Counted from the first letter of the stretch, positions 1 to 11,144 are shown. The stretch: 64,000 bases of DNA from Bryobacteraceae bacterium (GCA_052148435.1 JBKQIF010000055.1:3309-67308), one strand, 5' to 3'. A program made the numbers and translations. Notes: a model not told the origin generated them from the letters alone.

Positions 1-1
1 C

Positions 2-298
2 TGGATGATCACCGAAATCACCAAAGCCCAGCTCCTGGCCGTGCAGGCCGGGCGTCTGAAGGACCAAGGCCGCCTGGAACCGGCACAAATCTCCATGCTC
101 AAACGCAATAACGTGTCGATGGCGCTCGAGTGCGCCCGCTTGAGCCGCGATCTGCTGGGCGCCAACGGCATCACCGACGAATACCCGGTGATGCGTCATC
201 TTTGCAACCTCGAAAGCGTCAAGACCTACGAAGGAACCGATCACATCCACGCGCTGATCATCGGCGAAAAAGTGACGGGGGTGGCGGCTTACCGGTGA
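2..298 (+). CDS. gcdH: Glutaryl-CoA (acyl-CoA) dehydrogenase, C-terminal fragment; 5' end lies outside the window
   Basis: The reading frame is open to the window edge. The translation ...GANGITDEYPVMRHLCNLESVKTYEGTDHIHALIIGEKVTG matches the conserved C-terminus of glutaryl-CoA dehydrogenases. Confidence 0.8.
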   Translation, partial: WMITEITKAQLLAVQAGRLKDQGRLEPAQISMLKRNNVSMALECARLSRDLLGANGITDEYPVMRHLCNLESVKTYEGTDHIHALIIGEKVTGVAAYR

Positions 299-304
299 TG
301 GTGG

Positions 305-322
305 CGCAGGCGTCAGCCTGCG
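305..322 (+). terminator. Hairpin CGCAGGC-GTCA-GCCTGCG just after the gcdH stop; member of REP-like family A
   Basis: Perfect 7-bp inverted repeat with a 4-nt loop, 7 nt after the stop codon. The same GGTGGCRCAGGC-N4-GCCTGYG motif recurs at 23209-23252 and 44171-44237. Confidence 0.45.
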
Positions 323-353
323 GAATGCCCTACAAGGTGTTTTAGATAAACAC

Positions 354-2396
354 ATGCTCTTATACGCACTCACAATCCTGGCGAGCGCCTTCCTGCTGTT
401 TCAGGTCGAGCCCATCATCGCCAAGATCATTCTTCCCTGGTTCGGCGGGTCGGCGGCTGTCTGGACCGTCAGCCTGCTCTTCTTTCAGCTCGCCTTACTG
501 GCCGGTTACCTCTATGCCCACGCCAGCGTGCGCTATTTGAAGCCGCGCGCCCAGATGGTGGTCCACGTGGGGCTGCTCGCCGTGAGCCTGCTGGCGTTGC
601 CCATCTATCCGCGCGAGGCCTGGAAGCCGGGCCCCGGCGAAGACCCCACCTTCGGGATTCTGCGCCTGTTGACGGTTACCGTCGGCTTGACGTTTTTTCT
701 GCTCTCCACCACCGCCCCGCTGGTGCAGGCCTGGTACGCCCGCCGCTTTCAGGGAGCTGTGCCCTATCGCCTCTACGCTCTGTCCAACGCCGGATCGATG
801 CTGGCTCTGCTCAGCTACCCGGTGCTGGTGGAACCGCTGCTTACCACCCGCCAACAGACATCCATGTGGTCCTGGGCTTATGCCGGGTTCCTGGCTGTGT
901 GTGTCGCCGCGGCCCTGCGCTCGGGCGCCGGCGCCGGCGAGCCGCTTTCGGCCGCCACCGACGCCGCCGCGGTGGTTCGCCCCGGCCCACGCCTGTACGC
1001 GCAATGGCTGGCGCTGCCGGCCTGCGCCTCCGTGCTGCTGCTCGCCATCACCAACCATCTATCGCAGAATGTCGCGGCGATCCCCTTTCTGTGGGTCCTG
1101 CCGCTCAGCCTCTACCTGCTCTCGTTCATCCTGTGTTTTGAGAGCAGCGGATGGTATCGGCGTAATCCCTACCTACAGCTTCTAGCCGTCGCCCTGGGCA
1201 GCATGGCCTACGCCATTGGCGCGGACCTGGGGGGCAACCTGAATATCAAGGTTCTGGTAACGCTGTTTTCCCTCGGCCTGTTTACCTGCTGCATGGTATG
1301 CCACGGTGAGCTGGCGGAGCTGAAACCGCACCCGCGCTACCTCACCCACTACTACCTCATGATCTCGGCCGGCGGCGCTCTAGGGGGAATCATCGTCGGT
1401 CTGGTGGCGCCCAAACTGCTCGACGGCTACTATGAATTGCCGCTGGGCCTGGTATTCAACGCCGTCCTCATCGTCACCGTGCTCAAGCTGGATTCGAGCC
1501 TCACATGGTTCCGCAAATGGTGGCAGCCGGCGCCTCTGGCCGCCGTCGTACTCACCCTGGCCCTGGCGGTATTTGTCGGGTTGCAGATCCGCAATTCCCT
1601 GGCCGACGTCCGTCTCCGGGTGCGCAACTTCTACGGCGAGCTGACGGTGAAGGATAGCGGGCCGCCCACCGATCTCGACGCTACTCGCAGCCTCACCCAC
1701 GGCACCATCAATCATGGCGAGCAGTTTCTGAATCCCGCCAAACGCGACCTGCCCACCACCTACTACGGCAAGAACACCGGCATTGGCGTGGCCATCCGCT
1801 CTAAGGGGAAAACCGCCGCCGTCCGCGTGGGCGTAATCGGCCTGGGCACCGGAACCATAGCCGCTTATGCCCGCCCGGGCGACTACTACCGCTACTACGA
1901 AATCAATCCCCTGGTCTTATGGATTGCGCACACCCAGTTCACTTTCCTGGCCAATTGCAAAGGCAAGGTCGAAGTGGCCATGGGCGATGCCCGCCTCTCG
2001 CTGGAACGGGAATCCCCGGAGAACTTCGACGTGGTGGCCGTGGACGCCTTTTCCGGCGACGCCATTCCCATTCACCTCCTCACCCGTCAAGCCATGGACC
2101 TTTATTTCCATCACCTTCGGCCCAACGGAATCCTGGCTGTCCATATTTCCAACCGCTATCTGGATTTGCAACCGGTGCTCGCGGGGGAAACCAACGCCAC
2201 CGGCCGCGTGGCGCGCGTGGTGGATACCGAAGACGACGATTCCGCGGACGTCTTCGGCGCCACCTGGGTGCTGGTTACAACGCCGGCGGCCGGCTTCGAT
2301 GGCGATATTCTGAAAAGTTCCACGGAAATTCAACCGGCTCGAAAAGTGCGCCTCTGGACCGACGACTACAGCAATCTATTCCGGATCTTGAAATAG
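354..2396 (+). CDS. Polytopic membrane protein fused to a spermidine-synthase-like (class I SAM-dependent aminopropyltransferase) domain
   Basis: The N-terminal ~430 aa are strongly hydrophobic with many predicted TM segments. The C-terminal part has VGVIGLGTGTIAAY ... DVVAVDAFSGDAIPIHLLT ... LRPNGILAVHISN, typical of spermidine synthase-like folds. Confidence 0.7.
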   Translation: MLLYALTILASAFLLFQVEPIIAKIILPWFGGSAAVWTVSLLFFQLALLAGYLYAHASVRYLKPRAQMVVHVGLLAVSLLALPIYPREAWKPGPGEDPTFGILRLLTVTVGLTFFLLSTTAPLVQAWYARRFQGAVPYRLYALSNAGSMLALLSYPVLVEPLLTTRQQTSMWSWAYAGFLAVCVAAALRSGAGAGEPLSAATDAAAVVRPGPRLYAQWLALPACASVLLLAITNHLSQNVAAIPFLWVLPLSLYLLSFILCFESSGWYRRNPYLQLLAVALGSMAYAIGADLGGNLNIKVLVTLFSLGLFTCCMVCHGELAELKPHPRYLTHYYLMISAGGALGGIIVGLVAPKLLDGYYELPLGLVFNAVLIVTVLKLDSSLTWFRKWWQPAPLAAVVLTLALAVFVGLQIRNSLADVRLRVRNFYGELTVKDSGPPTDLDATRSLTHGTINHGEQFLNPAKRDLPTTYYGKNTGIGVAIRSKGKTAAVRVGVIGLGTGTIAAYARPGDYYRYYEINPLVLWIAHTQFTFLANCKGKVEVAMGDARLSLERESPENFDVVAVDAFSGDAIPIHLLTRQAMDLYFHHLRPNGILAVHISNRYLDLQPVLAGETNATGRVARVVDTEDDDSADVFGATWVLVTTPAAGFDGDILKSSTEIQPARKVRLWTDDYSNLFRILK

Positions 2397-2502
2397 CTGT
2401 ACAATTAAGAACAGCGCGTCCCCGCTCATTTAGAGAAAATGAGAGGCTGCAGTCCGCTTTCCACCGGGCTGTGTTATATCATCAAACAGGCTGAGGTCTA
2501 CA

Positions 2503-5500
2503 ATGGACGCCACAAGAACCCACCTAAATCGAATTGCATTCATCTTCCTGACACTTGCGCTGGCGATCGCCGCGCCCTGGAGCGCCCAGGCACAACCGGC
2601 GTTCACGCAGTCGAACTATCAAGTCACGCTGTCCTCGACCGGCTCGTCGGTGAACATCGCAGGCACGGCGGATTCCAGCAGCCCCTCGAACCCCATCACC
2701 TTCACTGCGTCGTCGATCGCCTATAGCAGCAACTCCTTTGTCAACGGCGTGCCGCGTCCATGGCTGCAGGTGGGTAGCGACCGCACGTGCGCCGGCACCA
2801 GCTCTATCGGATATCAAACCCCCGTCACGATCCCGCTAAACGTTGGCTGTTACGGGCAGAGCGGTGGGCTCTCAACGGGAACATACCAGGCCCAGGTGAC
2901 CCTGACCCCCACCTCGTCCGCCATCGCGCAGGCTTTCATTACGGTCACTTTCACGATTGGCTCCGGAAGCGGGAGCAACGGCGGCATCACAGCCTCCCCG
3001 AGCAGCGTCACATGGTCTGCCCCGGTGGGCTCCTCCACCTCCACCACGCTGACGCTGTCCACCAACAACACCACCAGCATCACCTATTCCACATCCGCGC
3101 AACCGGCGTCATGGTTGAGCGTTGCTCCCACGCTCGGGCTGGTGTCGGCTAATTCGCCCGCGACCCTTTACCTCTACTTCAATGCGGGCGCCGTCACTAG
3201 CGCCACGACCCTCCAAACCACGATCTACATCAATTACAACACCACCTCGCTGCCCGTTACGGTAACGTTTTACGTCGGCGGCGGCGGCAGCGGCGCGCTG
3301 GTCCTGTCGCCCAGCACGGTGAGCTGGAACTACGCCACCGGAAGCAGCCTGCCCAGTTCCTCGTTGGTGAACATCTTTTACTCCTCGGCTCCTTACTATG
3401 GCCTGACCTTTAGCGGCAGCCCTCTATTTCTGTCCGTCAACGGCTATACCGGCAGCACGGGGAACACCACTTTTCCGTTTGCAACTTACGGAACTACCCT
3501 CACTTTGGTGCCCAACAGCGCGGTCATACCGACCCTCGCCACCGGAACTTATTACAACTACATTACGGTCACCGAAAGCAACGGGCAGTCGGCGACACTG
3601 ACGGCGACCCTGACGGTAAACTCAAGCTCTTCGAACTCGAACGGGATTCTTACGATCTCGCCGGACCCGATCCAGCTCAACGGGGTTTACCTCGGCTCGA
3701 CCGTGTCCGCTCCGATCACGGTCACGAGCACGCTGTCCGGCACTCTCGCGCTCGCTGTCAGTGGGCAGAACCTGTCGATCTCAAGCTCGGCATCGATTGC
3801 GTCCAGTCAGACGCTGAATATGTCGATTTCGGCCAATCAGCCGATCACTTTGTACGTAATCGGCGCGCCGATTACGACCTCGGGTTCGCTCGGGGTGGGC
3901 ACTTATGGCGGGTCGGTCACGGCGACCGTCAATGGCTCCAACGAGCTCCAAATCCCGACCACGTTCACGATTTCCAATAACGGCGGCGGCACCGGCACCA
4001 GCGGCGCCACGGTGGCGCCATCCACCTTCCAGTTCAATTTCGAGCAGGGAACCACCACGCTCGAGCCGCAGTCCCTGTCCATCAATGGCACCACGGGCGG
4101 CTCGGATACCTATTCGATTTCCAACCCGAGCGCCAGTTGGCTGGAGATCGGCCCTTCGGTGGGTCCGGCGCCGGCAATCGTAGCCCTCTACGTGGTGGGC
4201 CCCAACTCCCTGCCGGTGGGCACCAGCTCCGCATATTTCACCGTCACCACCACGATTGGCGGTTACACCACCTCGGTACAGGTAACGGTGAACATCCAGA
4301 TAACCGCGAGCGGGGTCCCCGTGCTGGTGGCGCAAACCAGCAATGGCGGATCGATCAATCTCCAATATACGGGTGGCTCGGCGAACCCCGGGGCGCAAAG
4401 CCTGTATTTATCGGCCAGCGACGGTTCGGCGCAGACGTTTACCGCCACGGCGTCCGCCAGTTGGATCACCTTGAGCGCGACCACCGGCACCACCCCCGCC
4501 AGTCTGTCCGCCTCGCTGAATGTGTCCGCGCTTCCCAACGGAGTCAACAGCGGCTACATCACGATCACCGGGAACTTCGGCACAGCCACTGTTCCGGTGG
4601 AGGTCTATGTTACGGCGTCCACCACTTCCAGCACCGGCGTGCTGACGCTGAGCAGGTCGTCGCTGAGCTTCGACGCGGTCTACGCCAGTAACGCGCCCAG
4701 CTCCCAGACGCTCACCGTGAGCACCACCACCCCCACCAGCTTTAGCGCGTCGGCGTCGGGCACGTCCGGCGGCGTCACCTGGCTGACCATCTCGCCATCC
4801 GGCAGCCTGTCCACCAACCAGACACTCACGGTTTCCGTGAACCAGTCCGGCCTTCCGCTCGGAACTTACAGCGGTTACATCTCCCTGGCCACTACCAGCG
4901 GCACGCAAACCGTCCCGGTGACCCTGTACGTTACCGTCACGTCCACGACGGCGCTGACCATTTCGCCCGCATCGCTCTCGTTCAGCTTCACCACCGGAGG
5001 ATCGACGCCCGGCGCCCAGACGGTTACCGTTACCTCAGGGGGATCGAGCCCCGTCACCTTCACTCTTGCCGAAAGCGTGACCAGTGGAAGCGGCTGGCTG
5101 GTCCTCACGACCACCGCGGGCAACGCCATCGCCAGCGGCACCAACGAAACCACCGGCTTCTCTTTCCTGGCTTATGCCAACCCCACTGGCTTGGCGGCCG
5201 GCACCTACGTCGCGAGCATCACGGTGACGCCGGCCGGCGGCAGCACGCTTTCCATCCCGGTGACGTTGACGGTGACCGGCGGCTCCACGGTCTCGGCTAC
5301 TCCGTCCTCGCTGAACTTCAGTTATCAGGTCGGCGGCAGCAACCCGGCCGCGCAGTCCATATCGGCGGCCGGCGCGAGCGGGGCCGCTCTGGCGTTTACC
5401 GCAACCGCCACCAGCACCGGCAACTGGCTGACGGTGACGCCCACCTCCGGCAATACCCCGGCCACCCTGGCGGTAACCGTTGCGCCCTCCAGCCTGACCG

Positions 5501-6327
5501 CCGGCGCCTACACCGGCACCATCGTGGTGGCCGGCTCCGGTTCCGCCGGCGGCAGCACCACGATCACAGTCACTTTGACGGTCACGGCTCCCTTGCCCAC
5601 GATTACCGCGGTGGTGAACGGGGCCAGCTTCGCCGGCGGCAAAATCGCGCCGGGCGAAATCGTCACCATCGGCGGGTCGAACCTCGGGCCGGTGAACGGG
5701 CTGGGCCTGACGCTCACTTCCACCGGCACGGTTTCGACTTCGCTGGGCAACGTATCCGTGTCTTTCAACGGCTACGCCGCCCCGCTGATCTACGTCAGCC
5801 AGACCCAGATCAATTGCGTGGTGCCTTACGAAGTGGCCGCGCTGGTCAACCCGTTCGTGCAGGTGACCTACGCCGGCCAGGCCTCGAACGCTTATTCGCT
5901 GAGTGCCGGGGCTACCGCTCCCGGCATCTTCACCCAAAACGGCCAGGGTTCCGGACCGGGCGCGGTACTCAACACCTCCGGCACGGTTAACGGGCCGGGC
6001 AGCCCGGCAGCCAAGGGCAGCGCCATCGTCATTTATATGACGGGTGAAGGCCAGACCAGCCCCGCCGGCGTGACCGGGTCGGTGACCGCGGTCAATACCT
6101 CGTCCAAAGGTCCACTGACCCCGCAACCCCTCTTACTGGTCGCCGTCACCATCGGCGGCCAGCCCGCCACGGTGCAATTCTACGGCGAGGCCCCCGGCCT
6201 GGTGGCCGGAGTCATGCAAGTCAACGTAATCGTCCCGGCGGCCGCATCGTCCGGAGTCCCGAACGCGCTGGTAGTTTCCGTCGGCGGAAATCCCAGCCAA
6301 ACGGGCGTTACGGTTGCGGTGCAATAA
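2503..6327 (+). CDS. Large secreted Ig-like/BACON-like repeat protein with a Solibacter-type C-terminal domain (TIGR03437-like)
   Basis: Signal peptide MDATRTHLNRIAFIFLTLALAIAAPWSAQA. About 10 repeats of ~95 aa with the pattern L.(L/I)SP.SL.F....G...P..Q.(L/V).V. C-terminal ~215 aa ITAVVNGASFAGGKIAPGEIVTIGGSNLGP...APLIYVSQTQINCVVPYE...APGLVAGVMQVNVIVP. Confidence 0.75.
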   Translation: MDATRTHLNRIAFIFLTLALAIAAPWSAQAQPAFTQSNYQVTLSSTGSSVNIAGTADSSSPSNPITFTASSIAYSSNSFVNGVPRPWLQVGSDRTCAGTSSIGYQTPVTIPLNVGCYGQSGGLSTGTYQAQVTLTPTSSAIAQAFITVTFTIGSGSGSNGGITASPSSVTWSAPVGSSTSTTLTLSTNNTTSITYSTSAQPASWLSVAPTLGLVSANSPATLYLYFNAGAVTSATTLQTTIYINYNTTSLPVTVTFYVGGGGSGALVLSPSTVSWNYATGSSLPSSSLVNIFYSSAPYYGLTFSGSPLFLSVNGYTGSTGNTTFPFATYGTTLTLVPNSAVIPTLATGTYYNYITVTESNGQSATLTATLTVNSSSSNSNGILTISPDPIQLNGVYLGSTVSAPITVTSTLSGTLALAVSGQNLSISSSASIASSQTLNMSISANQPITLYVIGAPITTSGSLGVGTYGGSVTATVNGSNELQIPTTFTISNNGGGTGTSGATVAPSTFQFNFEQGTTTLEPQSLSINGTTGGSDTYSISNPSASWLEIGPSVGPAPAIVALYVVGPNSLPVGTSSAYFTVTTTIGGYTTSVQVTVNIQITASGVPVLVAQTSNGGSINLQYTGGSANPGAQSLYLSASDGSAQTFTATASASWITLSATTGTTPASLSASLNVSALPNGVNSGYITITGNFGTATVPVEVYVTASTTSSTGVLTLSRSSLSFDAVYASNAPSSQTLTVSTTTPTSFSASASGTSGGVTWLTISPSGSLSTNQTLTVSVNQSGLPLGTYSGYISLATTSGTQTVPVTLYVTVTSTTALTISPASLSFSFTTGGSTPGAQTVTVTSGGSSPVTFTLAESVTSGSGWLVLTTTAGNAIASGTNETTGFSFLAYANPTGLAAGTYVASITVTPAGGSTLSIPVTLTVTGGSTVSATPSSLNFSYQVGGSNPAAQSISAAGASGAALAFTATATSTGNWLTVTPTSGNTPATLAVTVAPSSLTAGAYTGTIVVAGSGSAGGSTTITVTLTVTAPLPTITAVVNGASFAGGKIAPGEIVTIGGSNLGPVNGLGLTLTSTGTVSTSLGNVSVSFNGYAAPLIYVSQTQINCVVPYEVAALVNPFVQVTYAGQASNAYSLSAGATAPGIFTQNGQGSGPGAVLNTSGTVNGPGSPAAKGSAIVIYMTGEGQTSPAGVTGSVTAVNTSSKGPLTPQPLLLVAVTIGGQPATVQFYGEAPGLVAGVMQVNVIVPAAASSGVPNALVVSVGGNPSQTGVTVAVQ

Positions 6328-6334
6328 GAAATAG

Positions 6335-6392
6335 AGCCACAGATGAACACAGATTTAGGAAGTAAAGGATTTATCGGTGTTCATCTGTGGCT
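6335..6392 (+). terminator. Rho-independent terminator / REP-like hairpin after the giant repeat protein
   Basis: Perfect 16-bp inverted repeat AGCCACAGATGAACAC ... GTGTTCATCTGTGGCT (6335-6350 / 6377-6392) with a 26-nt loop, followed by the T-rich GGAATTTGATTTTTC. Confidence 0.7.
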
Positions 6393-6465
6393 GGAATTTG
6401 ATTTTTCAGAACTTCTCCGGACTGTTCCCCTGCACGTTCTTGGCTCTCGGTGCGTCTGACTTTGT

Positions 6466-7104
6466 GTGAGCCTTTTTCGGCTATTGGTCGGATTAGTAGC
6501 GGTGTCGGCGCTCTCCGCCGATGCCAACCTGGATGCCCTGCTCAACCGGGTCGAAGTCCGCTACAACCGCGCTCGAACTCTTCAAGTCCTTTTTAATGAA
6601 CAATATTTGCGGCCCGGCGTGGGCCAGAAGGTGGAGAGCGGGACGCTGGCATTGCGCAAGCCCGGGCGCATGCGGTGGGATTACCGGAAACCCGCAGGCA
6701 AGCTCGCCGTCTCCGACGGGAAGTTCCTCTACCTTTACGACCCGGAACAAAATCAAGCCCAGCGTTTTAAGATGCAGGATACCGAAGACCTGCGCGCGCC
6801 GCTCGCCTTCCTGCTCGGTAAGCTGCACTTTCAAAAGGAGTTCAAGAACATTCAGGGGCGCCCGGAAGGCGCCGGCGCCGCCACGCGCATCACAGCCCAA
6901 CCCCAAGGCGATAATCTCCCCTACTCCGCGGTGGAATTCCTGGTAACTCCCGAGGGCCGGATTCAAGAGGTGAAAGTGACGTCGTTCGATCGCTCGGTTC
7001 TGGACTACACCTTTACCGAGGAAAAAATGGACCCGCTCCTCGGCGACCGCCTGTTCCAGTTCCAGCTTCCGCCAGGCGCGCAGTTGACCGAAGGTGGACA
7101 GTAA
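6466..7104 (+). CDS. LolA-like periplasmic lipoprotein-carrier family protein
   Basis: GTG start, signal peptide MSLFRLLVGLVAVSALSADA. The motifs RVEVRYNRARTLQVLFNEQY...GTLALRKPGRMRWDY...VSDGKFLYLYDPEQNQ are LolA/LolB-fold hallmarks. The stop is 4 nt before the next gene. Confidence 0.65.
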   Translation: MSLFRLLVGLVAVSALSADANLDALLNRVEVRYNRARTLQVLFNEQYLRPGVGQKVESGTLALRKPGRMRWDYRKPAGKLAVSDGKFLYLYDPEQNQAQRFKMQDTEDLRAPLAFLLGKLHFQKEFKNIQGRPEGAGAATRITAQPQGDNLPYSAVEFLVTPEGRIQEVKVTSFDRSVLDYTFTEEKMDPLLGDRLFQFQLPPGAQLTEGGQ

Positions 7105-7107
7105 GCC

Positions 7108-8313
7108 ATGGCCGATTTTGTGCTCAAGTATGCCGATGTCCGCGGCCAGATCCATCAGCAGGTGGTGACCGGCGGTTCCGAAAAAGAGCTCCGCGACCGG
7201 TACACGCAGCAAGGTTTTCTGGTTTATTCCGTACAAGCAAGATCGGGCGTTGCGGCCGCCACCGGTGGTTTCCGGTCGAAGAAGCTCAACATGGAGCGCT
7301 TCCTGATCTTCAATCAGCAGTTCGTCACCCTGGTCCGGGCCGGCCTGCCGATTCTGAAAGGGTTGGATTTGCTGGCCGACCGCCTGACCGACGTCAAGCT
7401 GGGGCCGCACATCCGCGGCGTTCGGGACGAAGTGAAGGGGGGCACGCTACTCTCCGAAGCCTTCCGAGCGCAGGGGATCTTCCCCAAGATCTACGTCTCT
7501 TCGGTCATGGCCGGCGAAAAAAGCGGCAGCCTGACGGAAGTGCTGGATCGTTACATCGCCTACCAGAAGCTGGCGCTGGCGGTTCGCAAGAAGGTGATTG
7601 TTTCGCTGATGTATCCCTGCGTTCTGTTGGTGTTGGTGATCGCGCTGATGGTGTTTCTGGTGACCTACGTGGTACCCACCTTCGCCACCCTCTACAGCAC
7701 CATGCAGGCGCAATTGCCGGAGATGACCGTAATCCTGATCGCCGTCGGCACCACGACGCGCAAGTACATTCTGGAGTTCGCCGGCGGTCTGGTGGTGGCG
7801 ATTGTGGGCTTTCGCTGGTGGTCGCGGCGCGCGGGTGCGCGCGAGCGCCTGGACCGCATCAAGATGAAATTGCCGGTGTTCGGCGATATCTGGCTGAAGT
7901 ATCAGGTGGCCCAACTCGCGCGTATCCTCAGCACCCTGCTTTCCGGCGGCATTCCCCTGGTTCAGGGCATGGAGACGGCGGCGGATTCCATGTCCACGCC
8001 GCTGCTCCAGCGGGCGGTGGAGAGGGCCGGCAAGAGCGTGCGCGAAGGCCAGCCGCTCTCGTCTTCGCTGCAGGCTTCCAAGTTCTTTCCGCCGCTGGCC
8101 ATCGATATGATCGAGGTGGGCGAATCCACCGGCGCTCTGCCGGCCATGCTCAACAGCGTGGCCGAGTTTTTCGAGGAAGACGTGAACACCCGCATGACCG
8201 CGACCCTCTCGCTTATCGAGCCGGCCATCATGCTGGTGATGGGATCGTTTGTGGCCTTCGTATTGATCGCGCTGTATCTGCCGATCTTTTCTTTGGCGGA
8301 CAGCATTCGCTGA
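7108..8313 (+). CDS. GspF/PilC-family polytopic inner-membrane platform protein
   Basis: 401 aa with a duplicated T2SSF-like architecture: LATLLRAGLPILKGL-type helix, three hydrophobic segments and a C-terminal LIALYLPIFSLADSI. Sits next to the GspE-family ATPase. Confidence 0.85.
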   Translation: MADFVLKYADVRGQIHQQVVTGGSEKELRDRYTQQGFLVYSVQARSGVAAATGGFRSKKLNMERFLIFNQQFVTLVRAGLPILKGLDLLADRLTDVKLGPHIRGVRDEVKGGTLLSEAFRAQGIFPKIYVSSVMAGEKSGSLTEVLDRYIAYQKLALAVRKKVIVSLMYPCVLLVLVIALMVFLVTYVVPTFATLYSTMQAQLPEMTVILIAVGTTTRKYILEFAGGLVVAIVGFRWWSRRAGARERLDRIKMKLPVFGDIWLKYQVAQLARILSTLLSGGIPLVQGMETAADSMSTPLLQRAVERAGKSVREGQPLSSSLQASKFFPPLAIDMIEVGESTGALPAMLNSVAEFFEEDVNTRMTATLSLIEPAIMLVMGSFVAFVLIALYLPIFSLADSIR

Positions 8314-8319
8314 AGCGTT

Positions 8320-9945
<1,626 letters not shown>

Positions 9946-9957
9946 GGACCAGGGACA

Positions 9958-10860
9958 ATGCTCGACAGGCTCAAGTCATGGATCCGCGATCCGCTGCCGT
10001 CCATGGCCTTTGAAATTTCCGAAGCCGGGATTGCGGCCGCGCGTATCGGTTCGCGCGCCGAGCTGGATTTCGCCCCGCTCCCGGCGGGCACCCTGGCCGT
10101 ATCGCCGCTGAACGACAACGTGATCGAACCCGACCGGTTCGCCGCCGCGGTGAACACCCTTGCCAGCCGCCAGTCCGGGCGCAGGCGGCGCGAGGTGGCC
10201 CTGATCCTTCCCGACTTCAGCACCCGCATCGCGGTTCTGGATTTCGATTCCTTCCCCGCCAAGGCCGAAGAGCAGGTCGCTCTGGTTCGCTTTCGCATGA
10301 AACGCAGCGTGCCCTTCGACGTGGAGGCGGCCGCGGTCAGTTACTGGGCGCAGAACGCGAGCGACCACGCCAAAGGCGCCAAGAGATTGGATGTGGTGGT
10401 GGTGGTGGCGCCGCTCGAAATCGTGGCCCCCTTCGAGGCGCCGTTTCGCGCCGCCGGCCTGGTGCCGGGCCTGGTCACGCCCTCGGCCATCGCCGCGCTG
10501 GAACTGGCGCCGGAGGCCGGCCTGAGCGTGACGGCCAAGCTCTCCGGCCGCTTCCTGACCGTGCTGGTGCGCGACCGCGGCATCCTCAAGCTGGTGCGCT
10601 GTCTCGACGTGCCCTCCCAAAGCCTGGAAGATATCGCCGCCGTGCTGCTGCCCACCTTCGTGTACACGGAAGACAATCTGGGCGGCCGCGCCGAAAAGCT
10701 GCTGCTGTGCGGACTCGGTCCCAACTCCGAGGAGGCCGCCAGAATCCTGGGCGAACAAGCCGGCGTAGAGGCCGAAGTGCTCCATTCGCCGCTGGGCGCG
10801 CCCAGCGAAACCAATGCCGGCCTGCTGGGCTACCTGCGGTCGATCGCGAGGAACAATTGA
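9958..10860 (+). CDS. PilM/GspL-like actin-fold pilus assembly protein
   Basis: 300 aa with the pattern AFEISEAGIAAARIG...VALILPDFSTRIAVLDFDSFPAKAEEQVALVRFRMKRSVPFDVE, typical of the PilM family. Sits immediately after the ATPase. Confidence 0.6.
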   Translation: MLDRLKSWIRDPLPSMAFEISEAGIAAARIGSRAELDFAPLPAGTLAVSPLNDNVIEPDRFAAAVNTLASRQSGRRRREVALILPDFSTRIAVLDFDSFPAKAEEQVALVRFRMKRSVPFDVEAAAVSYWAQNASDHAKGAKRLDVVVVVAPLEIVAPFEAPFRAAGLVPGLVTPSAIAALELAPEAGLSVTAKLSGRFLTVLVRDRGILKLVRCLDVPSQSLEDIAAVLLPTFVYTEDNLGGRAEKLLLCGLGPNSEEAARILGEQAGVEAEVLHSPLGAPSETNAGLLGYLRSIARNN

Positions 10861-10870
10861 GGAGGAAAGC

Positions 10871-10898
10871 AGCCGGAAGCCGGAAGCCGGAAGCCGGA
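10871..10898. repeat. Heptanucleotide microsatellite (AGCCGGA)x4
   Basis: Four perfect tandem copies lie 11 nt after the pilM-like stop, in the pilM-pilN spacer. Confidence 0.9.
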
Positions 10899-10901
10899 AT
10901 C

Positions 10902-11141
10902 TGGCGCACGCACTGGTGCGCGCCGCGTCGAGAGTTATCTCAACGCCCGCCTCAGTTCGGAGGTATGCCAACCGCCTGTTGCGACACACCGGCGAGCCCT
11001 TCCTGGCAGAAGGAATCCCATGATCGCCCCGATTCCGACGCCAGGTCAGGGCAGGTTTGGCCGGCGCTCCGCGGGCCTTTCCCGGCCGGGCGCAGGCGTC
11101 GAGACGAGTCTCGACGCGGCACGCACGAGTGCGTGCGCCAC
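10902..11141. repeat. MITE/BIME-like element bounded by ~44-nt inverted REP units (family B)
   Basis: The left unit is TGGCGCACGCACTGGTGCGCGCCGCGTCGAGAGTTATCTCAACG. The right unit is GTCGAGACGAGTCTCGACGCGGCACGCACGAGTGCGTGCGCCAC, in inverted orientation. A second element with the same ends lies at 37461-37601. Confidence 0.75.
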
Positions 11142-11144
11142 GTA

